Source of the DNA: Asterionella formosa
Taxonomy: Eukaryota
DNA length: 37,739 nt
Assembly (NCBI GenBank): GCA_002256025.1
Contig: NKIB01015198.1
Coordinates: 1-37,739 of the forward strand
Direction of reading: 5' to 3'
Under the pieces are notes generated by a model. It was given only the letters and a program-made list of their open reading frames with translations. It was not told the origin of the DNA and ran no database searches. The translations under genes were made by a program, and so were the position numbers. Of this stretch, positions 22,391 through 32,101 are shown one piece after another; positions within the stretch are counted from its first letter, which is position 1; each line of letters begins with the position of its first letter.

Positions 22391-25300
22391 ATGTCGTCCA
22401 TTCCGAGAAAGACGAACAAAAATGGTGGACGAGGAGGTCATCGACAGCAGAAACGAGGCGGCGGACCTCAGACGAGACGACAGGATTCAGCAGGTGACAT
22501 GTTACGAGATGAGGTAAGTGTTTGGCAACTATAGGTTCATGGCTTCTTGCGTTAGATTGTGTGTGTGTATGTATGTGTGTGTGTTGTGTTTGATCAAAAC
22601 AAAATCAACAGTGCGAAAATATGCATTGCATGGCATGGCATGACACTTGATACTGACACAGAATGTCCCGCCTGTCTTGCGTGTGTGTGTGTGCGTGTGC
22701 ATTCATGTATCAGGATGTTTTGATTGCCTTTATGCAGTTCATGAGAGATGAAAATCCAGAAGCTGTCGCCATTTTTGCTAGATATCAAGCTTCAGAGAAT
22801 CAATCCTCGTTTACTTCCGAAGCCAGACAATTTTTGAAGAGCCACAAAGATCAAACGACGGCCATTTCTTCGCAAATGGCGGGTCTTCATGTTCAAGACG
22901 ACCCCATTGTAGAAACAAACCACAATTCTAGACCGTCTTTGTTGAAGAGTCCAGAAAGATTGCAAATAATTGCACCACCTGGGAGAAACAAATCTAGTAG
23001 TCCGGTACCTATAAGAGTCACGTCGTCTCAACAAATACAACAACAACAACAAAATGCAAACAAATCGCCTCCACCTTTTCGTTTTGGAGGACTTGCTGGT
23101 GACCATCCTCCTGGCTTACCACCAGGGATCCAAATGGCTTCTGCTGTAATATCTCCAGTAAGGCCACCAGGAATGATGAACTTACCCCACAACACCGACC
23201 ATGTTGTAGCCACTTTCAGGCCTATGCCGCAATCCCCCCAACAACAGGGTCTGGCAAGCTTGTTGCAGCAACAGTCTATGCCACCGCCATTTCACAACTT
23301 GTTACAACCATTGCCACAATCTCCAGCTACCCCGCACTACCAGCAGCAGCATCATCATGCGAGAAACACGCCGCCAATCACGCATTTTGGACCCATTGAA
23401 GAAATCTACCAACCAAGCACATCTGGATTCACCTTGCCAACAGAAATGGACCATTCCATCACTCCACCACTAGAGCCTCAAGCGACTCCCAAACCAAGAC
23501 CCGTTTATCAACCACGACGATTGTGGACTCAAGTATTCCAACAACCTGGTACAATTTTGGCCAATGGCGTGGAGGGAGCAACGACTGTCCTCCCCATACA
23601 ACCTCGTCATGAACTCACAGCCAAATGGATCCTACCACTCAAATACATACGTGAACATGCGAAAGAAAAGAATCTTAATCCAGAGGCCATGTCACTTCGA
23701 GAGGCCCTAGCTTCTCTAACTGTTGGGCTGTTCCGACGAGGATGTGGTGAGAATGGAACTCAGGCATCCATCATTTCGAAGGAAGTCTTGGCCCCAGCCG
23801 ATGAAAATCGACCTGACTATTTCTTTACCATGGACAAGGACAATGATACAGTTTGGGGGACGGTTCCTTTTTACGCACCGCGCACACCTGGTCATGTCCT
23901 ATTTCGACTCTTCTGGCAAGATACACCAGTATATACGCTAGCGACGGGACCGACCCTCTTTGTGACTTTATCGGAAAGTGACTTTGAACCAACTCTTCGG
24001 TTCATTCTTTCCAACTTCAAGTCTAAGAAAGGGTCAGCAACTTCGTTATCCTCTTTGAATTCCTTGGCAAATGTCCTCGAGCAATTTAATCCTTCCAATT
24101 ATCAACAGGATTACAAAAAGTGGGATGCTTCCGGTCGAGCTGCGTGGGGATGTGTTTGTGAGTCACGCAAAGTTTTGGAAGTTTGTGCATCAGAATATGT
24201 CAAGGCGAAGGAAAAAGTAACCAAGCTAGAGGAAGAGTTGGAAAAGTTGAAGGCCCTAGTAGACGGGGATTTGCTTCAAAAACTGGAAGGCATTGAGAAT
24301 AGCGAAGTCGGCAATGACCAGACACCAGGCGAAAGCCGAAGTGGTGTTGCTGCTACATTGATAAAGGAAAAGATTGGAGCGATCCATGCAGGAAGGCATA
24401 CTCATGATCGAAAATGGAAGGATTCTCAATGTGCCTTTGCTGGAATCCTCAAAGCTATTGTTCTCAATCAAAATACAACGTTGCTATTCCGTCGTGAACT
24501 TTTGGCCAAGATTCGTCTGGAATACGAGTTATGGTGTCCACTATCAGAGTCTTTTGCCCAAAGCCCGTGGAATCGCGTCGATTCTACCGTTTGCGTCAAC
24601 TTTCAGGCCTTTCCTCAATATGTCACGCAAGCACATTATCAAGAGTGTATTGACAGTCGGCAGAAACTACAGAATGAGAGTCTTGGCTTTGTTCCAAATC
24701 GCTTGACATTAAAAAGCATTGTCATGTCAAATTCTCAACCCCAGACAATGAACAGACAAGCTGTCGAGGCCTTCAACAGTTTGTCAGGAGCGATGGGCCA
24801 GTTGTTTCAAGACGAGTACATGGTTGAAGATCGTATCATGAAGCAGCGAGAATTGGTGAGATCACAAGTCGAGGGCATCGTTTCGCAATGTGAGGCGTTC
24901 CCTGTAGGTACTCGCGTTGTGATCTTTGGATCAGCCGCAAACGGATTCGGATCTCCGTCGTCGGACTTGGACATGTGTCTCCAACTTCCCCAAGGAGCTG
25001 GTATTACGAGTGAGGAAGATCCAACAGGGGCCTTAGCTATGGGCAAGCTTGCTGAACAATTCGAAAAAGCTGGGTTGCAAAGCGTCGACACCTCTCGTTT
25101 AGCAGCTCGAATCCCAATAATTATGTCCAAGTGTCCCAGACCATTGGCACAAGTCGGAGAAGACTCGTTAATGGAGTGCGATCTGTCGATGCAAAATCCC
25201 CTTGCTTGCCTGAATACGTCCTTGTTGTTGACTTACTCCCGTATCCACCCAGTCACTAGAGTACTTGCCGCTATTATCAAGCGATGGGCCAAGGCGAGAG

Positions 25301-25998
25301 GTATCAATTGCCCATCTAAAGGGACATTGAGTAGCTATGGGTATATCATCATGCTATTACATTTCCTAACGTACCACTGCCGTGACGGAACTGGTCTTAT
25401 CACTACAATTTCTGACAAGAATAGAGCTGACAAGAATCCCCTACTTCCTAACCTGCAATGGATGGACATCAACTGGCCAACTAGCCCATTTGGTACTCCA
25501 TATAAAGAGCACACGAATCTCCCAATGAACCTAATGCCGCATCCAATTGAACCAGACATGGTTGTCAATTCCTACTTTTATCACATCGCCGACCAAGATG
25601 CCTTCCAAAATCTACAGAGGCGTTTTCCAAGCCAAGACTTATCGTTGTCCATTCTTCTTGCTTCCTTCTTTCGTTACTATGCCTACGAATTCGACTACAA
25701 GAAGTTTGTTGTCAGCTTACAAGCCACAGCTTCGAACGGCATGATTGAACGTGAAGTAAAAGCCGAGCTGAATGGATGGAAGATCTTTTCAACTGGGCTT
25801 GCGATCGAAGATCCGTTTGAAATTTTCTATGATGTGGCTCACGTCTTGAAGGGGTACAACTTTCATCGCATGCGCAATGAGTTTGCATTGGCTTACACCA
25901 AAATCGCCGATGTTGCAACGGGCGTAGAAGGAAAGACAGGCAGACAAATTATTGACTGGATTTGTGATCCAATTTCCGAGGATGTCAATGGTCTATAA
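22391..25998 (+). CDS. Cid1/URT1/TUT4-7 family terminal nucleotidyltransferase (non-canonical poly(A)/poly(U) polymerase), 2 exons, about 1135 aa
   Basis: Exon 1 is 22391-22513 (MSSIPRK..RDE), followed by a 200-bp GTAAGT..CAG intron (22514-22713) and exon 2 at 22714-25998 in frame. Motifs: IFGSAANGFGSPSSDLDMCL (GS + DxD), third Asp in ECDLSMQN, KRWAKARGIN..GTLSSYGY, and LAIEDPF (PAP-associated nucleotide recognition motif). Confidence 0.92.
22558..22700. repeat. (GT)n-rich microsatellites in the nucleotidyltransferase intron
   Basis: TGTGTGTGTGTATGTATGTGTGTGTG near 22558-22583 and GTGTGTGTGTGTGCGTGTGC near 22681-22700. Confidence 0.8.
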
Positions 25999-26499
25999 TG
26001 GAAAGTTCAACCAATAAGTAGACTACTAATATGATATCATGCACACCTCGGATGTTGTAGCTAACAGCAGTAGAGCGAGGCATCGAATTATTTTTGCTTT
26101 TGAGAATATTTGGATCGAAAACATTATAAATTTTTTAAGTAGACTACTCTCGAGCAAAACATTTGAGAACATGGTCAAGCATCACATGGAAACCTGCAAC
26201 TAAACTTTTAGAATTCAATATCATTTCTTCTGCCTGTCAGAACCAATGATATTTGTCCAGGTAACTTTAATTAGTGATGAGATTATTGTGTGGCTGCGAC
26301 ATAATCCCTCCCTCACTTTCGTTCGTTTCCTTTTTCGTTTCTTGATGTCCTCATTGCTTGTTGGAAAATTGTCTTTGTGAATGACCAGGAGAATGTTAGG
26401 GGGAGGGACCCATGGACCCAGCAGCTACAAAAAACAATGTACCATGCATTGGAGGGGATTTCTTACTGCAGCAATGAAAAACTCTGTGTTTTCTTTGAA

Positions 26500-26790
26500 T
26501 ATCCTCAACTTTTGAGGGAGGATGCATAACTTTTGGCAATCAAGATCAAATCCAAATCATCTTCAACTGTATTACCATGTAAGTATAATCCCTATAGCCT
26601 CGCATGACCTCACAATACTCAAATTGCGCCAAGAAGGGACCTTTCTGTCCTCACCATCCTAAAAGTGCAACAAGAAAGGATTTTCAGTTGGTGGCACTTA
26701 TATACACTGCCATAGCCTTCCAAAGCTGCATCAGTAGCAAGATAACTTTACTCTATTGCCAATTTCACAAAGCCCTAAGCAATATTCTCC
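26500..26790 (-). pseudogene. Decayed transposase fragment (IS630/Tc1-mariner-like DDE type)
   Basis: Broken minus-strand fragments YLATDAALEGYGSVYK, PTENPFL and AQFEYCEVMRGYRDYTYMVIQLK resemble the 'SPF..FEYG...GYW....M..QLED' segment I recognise from transposases of this type. There are many stops and frameshifts, and this rests on recall only. Confidence 0.45.
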
Positions 26791-27289
26791 ACTAATTTAG
26801 CAGCTTAGGATCACCCCATAACCTTGATCATAAGGTAGTAAAAGTCATTGGCTTTAGACCCCTTCAACGTCTTAGAAAGTAGGGATCTACATATTGTGAA
26901 TCATGACATTAGATTGAAGACATGGGAGTATTCAGAAGAATGGTTCTTGCATAATCTACTGAATGATATGGGAGGCTTGAGTCATCATCCATATAGATTA
27001 ATGCATCATGAAGTCATGCTGCAGTGAAATTATTTGAATCAAGTTCTTTCACAATTTGCTTCATCGTCTCATTTACTTGCAGGTGGGTATCGAAAATACT
27101 AAGAAAATGCTTTGTTGGTATACCTTGGATAGCATTGCTATCAGGTGAATCTTCATTTCTCCTTTAATAATCAAATGTGCAATAGGAAGTGGTCCAGTAT
27201 AGGCTTTACATATAAAACTTTCATTGCTACACCATGACGCAAACAACTTTGCTGCATTCTCAAAATTTTACACGTTTTCTACATCCAAA

Positions 27290-27946
27290 TTATGTCGCAA
27301 CTTGAGTTGTCTGCTTGCTAGCAGCTGCAATACTAGCAGGTTCATTCTGTGGCAGCTTGTTCGTGGGCACATTGGGCAAGGGTACCATTGTTGGAGCTTC
27401 TGGAAGCTTAATATCACCAGTCAAGTCAGCTTCCATTGCTGCCAATTCAGCTTCCACCGTTTCTTCATCGGATGGCGACAAGGCTGGCACTCCACTCAGT
27501 ACCTGACTGATTTCCTGTTCCAATTCGTTCTGTTCAGTAATTTGATCCATCAACTCCAGAACATCGTCCACTGTTGTTGCTTCGTGAAGTTTTTGCAGAG
27601 CATCTTTTCCAGTTCGCATTGCACTTAGTACTTCCTGTTCATTTTGCTTGCTGCTAATGGTCTCTACAAGTGTCAGGACATTCAAAAGTTGCGTGTTGAC
27701 ACTTTCATAGTCTCGATTTTTGATGCGCTTGAGTTTGAGAAGGTTCAATGCCGTGGTGGTGTGCCCCGCTTCCTTGGCCTCCCTGGCTTTGATTAGTAGC
27801 TTCTGTTCGTCCACTTCCAGTTTAGCTTTGTATTTCTGTAGCCGATCTCGTGCGTTCTTCAAGTCCAAAACAGCGCGGTCAATGTCGCTAATTTTGCCCT
27901 TTGGCGGGATCTTCTTGACTGGTGGTTTGGAGGATTTGCCGCCCAT
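27290..27946 (-). CDS. VPS20: ESCRT-III subunit Vps20/CHMP6 (Snf7 family), 218 aa
   Basis: N-terminal myristoylation-type MGGKSSK; ISDIDRAVLDLKNARDRLQKY; ALNLLKLKR; GKDALQKLH..TVDDVLELMD; acidic C-terminal half with LPEAPT and LPNVPT (MIM2-like). Confidence 0.93.
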   Translation of the reverse strand: MGGKSSKPPVKKIPPKGKISDIDRAVLDLKNARDRLQKYKAKLEVDEQKLLIKAREAKEAGHTTTALNLLKLKRIKNRDYESVNTQLLNVLTLVETISSKQNEQEVLSAMRTGKDALQKLHEATTVDDVLELMDQITEQNELEQEISQVLSGVPALSPSDEETVEAELAAMEADLTGDIKLPEAPTMVPLPNVPTNKLPQNEPASIAAASKQTTQVAT

Positions 27947-28393
27947 GATTACGTTGAAGCGATCAAGAACAAGAAGTAGTCAGGTCCGTCAATTCTAATG
28001 GCAGCATCAAAAAGGTAAGTTGCATTAAAATGTATTGATCAATATTTTATATATACACTAATTACTATAGTTGTTTTATTAGCATACAAAAATGATAAAT
28101 ATATACACATAATTGAAGTTACCATGTATGTTCGATAACGGTACACAACCTGCCGTGAGATAATGACACAAGTAATGGTAATTCTGGAGTAAACTACCTA
28201 ACAGTAGCACCTAGATAGACCTACCTATAGCGGAAGTTCCAATACAATATGAACAAATTCCAAAAATAGCTCTCCTCCTAAAGCATTTTGGTCGACTACA
28301 GCTCGATCATTACTTACGGGCCGCCGACTAGCTCGTGATAGCCTAGAGTTGTAGACTCGCTATATCACAGAGCGATAGTACCTGGTAAGGAGT

Positions 28394-28526
28394 AGATCAG
28401 AGAGAAGGTTGGCAGCTATATTAGCTATTAGTTTGCATGCTTCCATCGCTGCTGGTGCGGAGAAGATCAGAGGGTAGGTTAGCAGCTATACTAGCTATTC
28501 GTTTTTGCATGCTTCCATCGCTGCTG
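28394..28526. repeat. Tandem duplication, about 61-63 bp unit, 70 bp period
   Basis: AGATCAGAG..AGGTT.GCAGCTATA.TAGCTATT..TTTGCATGCTTCCATCGCTGCTG occurs at 28394-28454 and 28464-28526. Confidence 0.88.
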
Positions 28527-28650
28527 ATCCAGCTGGCAATTGTTGAAGTTACCGGCAAAGGTAAGGAGGGGATCCATGTGTGTGAAGAGAGCCAAGGAAA
28601 AACCCGAGCACAGGATCGACTGAAAGTTTAATGCATGCATGAACTCGTCT

Positions 28651-30219
28651 CTATTCGTCATCATAGACAGGACGAAAGTTGGCCTTGACCTCACCAAACA
28701 TTTGTGGTCTCGTCGATACGGTTCCATCCGAATGTATAGTTGTCCTGCCAACGGAGCATCCCAAATCTCTCAAGGCTGCATAGGCTTCATCCACGCATGC
28801 CTGGTACTGACCTGCCTTGCGCAAAACTTCTTCAGCACCCATATCCAATAGGTGGTCCTTGACAAGTTGTTCCACTCGACTAATCAAGTTTCGTATTGCC
28901 AAGCAACCTTGTCGTTGGAGTACAATATTGGTCGAATGATGTTGCATGGCAGATAAAATCAAGCCAGGACCCATTTCTTGAATAATAACGATAGCATTCC
29001 TTGGTTTTCGAAGGGCCATGGCTGCCAGAGTTCCACATCCGTGTTCTTGGAGTGTCCCTGCTTCAGGGTTATCCGCCATGGCAGCTAGTACTTCCTTCAA
29101 AACATTTTTTTCACCGACGCACAGAGTGCACTTGACCTCATCATTGGCACATAGATTTCGAACAAGTCCCAGTGTGGCGGTGGTCAAAGGTATATTCCCG
29201 TCACCCACGGCAAAAACTTGCTTGATGGTGGAAATGACGCCCACCGCTACCATACTTTGCACGATATCATCATGAATGCACATCACACGTTGAGCCGATA
29301 AAACTGCAGCAACCAAATCCACGTCAATGTCAGTTTCTAGTAAATTGCGCTCGACTTGAAACTGTAGGAGGGGGACAATTCCTTGTCGACCAAACTCCAA
29401 GACATGATCTTGTGCCGAGCTGGTAACTATTCCCTGAGTATTCCGAAAATCATCGAATCGGCACAATACTGTGATAAGTTGACAGCCGGCGAATAGCGTA
29501 GCATGATCATTTGATTGGAGAATGCGCAACAACAGCGTAACACCCCTGCGCCCTTGCATCCACTCTCGCTTGTTTGGTTCATTGGTCCGGGCACAGGCAT
29601 GTGAAGTTTTCAATAGTTGCAGCACCAATGTCGATTCATTTTCGTACAACTCAATGAGCTTGACTATTGTTTGTAGAATGGGGGTCACCTTGTCGCGCAG
29701 ATCTGCTTGTAGTTCGCGAACTGGCAGGTCCAATGTTTGTGGAGGAGTTAAAATAGTCGTTAGAGCCTGTAACGCTGCTAGCAATATCCTGGTTGCTGGT
29801 TCGGCAACTTGGTCCTTCCCTGTAACGATGCTGAGGAATGACATGATCGTGAATATTCCATCATGAGCGTCCAATAGCGTCAAGTAGATGAAGGCGTGAT
29901 CGTTGCAACAGCCGGCAACCTGATGGATCAGCTGCAGCACTTGAGCAGCATTGCTCCGATAGTCGACCGTCCCATCTGATTGTACCAGCGCGTCCAACGA
30001 CTTCAACGCGTCTAGAAATCTCCGTCGCTCCGCTCGTTCCTCCTGACCTTTGTCTGGATGAGTGAGAACTAAGTGATGAAGGAATTGCCCTGATTTCAGA
30101 AACTGATCGATGGTTTCCTTGACAGCTTCTTCTTCGCAAAGCTCGAAAACTTCAATGTTTTCAGTGACAGCTTCGTCGAACAGTTCTTGGCTGATGATCC
30201 TTGCGTTGGCTCCAGCCAT
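28651..30219 (-). CDS. ARMC6: Armadillo repeat-containing protein 6 homologue, 522 aa
   Basis: N-terminal RIISQELFDEAVTENIEVFELCEEEAVKETIDQF matches the ARMC6 start (ISQETFDxxVxENIEEF..EEAV). Also DDFR, NDEVK, ALRKPRN, QRQGCLAIRNL and AYAALRDLG. The start is at the ATG at 30219. Confidence 0.88.
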   Translation of the reverse strand: MAGANARIISQELFDEAVTENIEVFELCEEEAVKETIDQFLKSGQFLHHLVLTHPDKGQEERAERRRFLDALKSLDALVQSDGTVDYRSNAAQVLQLIHQVAGCCNDHAFIYLTLLDAHDGIFTIMSFLSIVTGKDQVAEPATRILLAALQALTTILTPPQTLDLPVRELQADLRDKVTPILQTIVKLIELYENESTLVLQLLKTSHACARTNEPNKREWMQGRRGVTLLLRILQSNDHATLFAGCQLITVLCRFDDFRNTQGIVTSSAQDHVLEFGRQGIVPLLQFQVERNLLETDIDVDLVAAVLSAQRVMCIHDDIVQSMVAVGVISTIKQVFAVGDGNIPLTTATLGLVRNLCANDEVKCTLCVGEKNVLKEVLAAMADNPEAGTLQEHGCGTLAAMALRKPRNAIVIIQEMGPGLILSAMQHHSTNIVLQRQGCLAIRNLISRVEQLVKDHLLDMGAEEVLRKAGQYQACVDEAYAALRDLGCSVGRTTIHSDGTVSTRPQMFGEVKANFRPVYDDE

Positions 30220-30344
30220 GGCTGGTGGCTCAATGAGGCGTGGAGGAGCGAACAGATTTGTTCTTTTGGCTTGTAATGACGGCGAAATTCGTTTCGTTTG
30301 GAAGTCAGGGAAAAGTCGATGCACAAACACAGGGAATGAAAATA

Positions 30345-32101
30345 CCCTGTATTGGCAATTTTTGGTACGTTTTCAAACGGTTGTGTTCGTCCTCAAAAAC
30401 CAGGCATATCTTGTATTGGGCCTCGCAACATCTTCCAATACAAGGTATCGGTCATTTGATATTTTATACTGCTACTACGAGGTACCAGTAGTTCTTTTGT
30501 CCAATTAGGCCGTTGCTGACGGTGGACCAAAACGCAAACCAAACAGTGTTTTGGTTTCGGTAACCCTAAAAAACGATGCTAACGGGAGTGAAAAACCCAA
30601 CGCAAACGCATTACGTTTAGGAAATTCCGTGCCCATATCCCAATAAGTTACCCAAACGCATTACGTTTAGGTTTTTTTTCCCAAAGTTACCTAAACGTAG
30701 GATTCCATATTGACTACTTTGAATGTAGTCACTAGAACCCAATAAATATCGTCGCAGAATCACTACAAATAGGACGCATCATATGCCGGTACCGGTATAT
30801 CATATCTATATACAACAACAGCTGTACGGTACCGGTACCAGGTACTGGTACCATACCACACTGGCGAGAACAACAACAACAACAACAACAAATCGACTTC
30901 GATTTATTATGCGGAACACATAAATCAATCTTCTGTCACCACGACTTCATCTTCGTCGTCCTCTTCAACTGAGGCTGCTGGTGGCGGTATAGCTCCGGCA
31001 ACTGGGACTGGTGCATCGCCACGTCCCATTGTATCAATATATCTGGTAAGTAAGCAGTAGATGTTTTGTTGCAGGTAATGGCGCATCGCCAATTCGTTTG
31101 TACCAAGACACCATTGTTTTTGTTTGCGGCATTCAATTCTGTCTGGGTTGCTGAAACTGCTGTCAGTTGTATTCCATCATGAAGAAGTGTGGTTGGAGTA
31201 TATATATTTATGACACTACCGGTAAATTGTGGGGAAAACTAACTAATTCCCAAATAGGAATCATAATATTTCATTTATAAAAGTAGTCTAATAGAAATAT
31301 TTTACTTTTTTATAATGGTTTTGTCATCCTACATCCCAGTAGATGGGTGGTTGACAACATTTAGGATTTCCCAAAAACCGATAGCATTGTTTTTGCGTCA
31401 GTTGACCAAAACCAAAACCAATCCAAAAATAAGTTTTTTGGTTTTGGTTTGGGTCAAAGGTTAGCAACGGCCTTACATGGTGAAATCATAATCCAATACA
31501 AGAGACACCTTGTATTGGCGAAACATAGTAAAGGATAAACAGATCACAATAGCTATAAACAACTGCATTGCAAATCACGACAAACCCAATCATTACCAGA
31601 CACAGAGAAAATGTTTACCAAATGTTTAATTCTGCTAATGTGTGCTACATAGTAGTTATTAATTTCATACCCTGTTGGTTTTACTGCGGGCTGGTACCAA
31701 GTAGCTGTTGGCTGTCCGGTATAAATTCATCATAGGTTATTCAACATATGTATGTATTGGTCATACATATTTCCACCATACTGTGCCTGTGGTTCACTAC
31801 TATTGAATGACGTTGCTTACCTGGAGTACGTAGTAATATTTCTTTGCTAGCTAAAACACATGAAATTCAAATGTGAAAAAAGTGCATTTGCATCCGGATC
31901 TGTATTAAATTCAAGGTAGGCCTTTATTTGTTATTAAAATAAGTGCTAATACAAGGCCGACCCTGTATTTGATTTCAATTATTGTCAATACAAGCAAGGT
32001 CAAAAATTCCAAATTTAGATTAACATTAAATGACCATTCAAGGTATTCCCTGTATTGGGTTTTGATTACTTATGCCCCCATATTAACCAATACAAGGTAT
32101 C
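30345..32101. repeat. Dispersed CCAATACAAGG / CC(T/C)TGTATTGG motif array flanking the Harbinger element
   Basis: Copies at about 30345, 30410, 30435, 31493, 31508, 31946, 31961, 31986, 32048 and 32087, in both orientations. CCAATACAAGGTATC is identical at 30435 and 32087. Confidence 0.75.
30508..31472. mobile_element. Non-autonomous PIF/Harbinger-type (Tourist-like) element, 965 bp
   Basis: Imperfect TIR of about 36 bp: left GGCCGTTGCTGACGGTGGACCAAAACGCAAACCAAA; right (reverse complement) GGCCGTTGCTAACCTTTGACCCAAACCAAAACCAAA. TTA flanks both ends (30505-30507 and 31473-31475). Subterminal direct repeats CAAACGCATTACGTTTAGG lie at 30603 and 30653. There is no long ORF. Confidence 0.8.

Noticed and set aside
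10483..27946. Functional clustering of trafficking genes (BET3, VPS20) or RNA-modifying genes
   Set aside because: They are separated by unrelated genes, and eukaryotic neighbourhood alone gives no evidence of a shared pathway.
30345..32101. CRISPR-like array
   Set aside because: The motif is only about 11 bp, spacing is irregular, orientations are mixed, the context is eukaryotic, and there are no cas genes.
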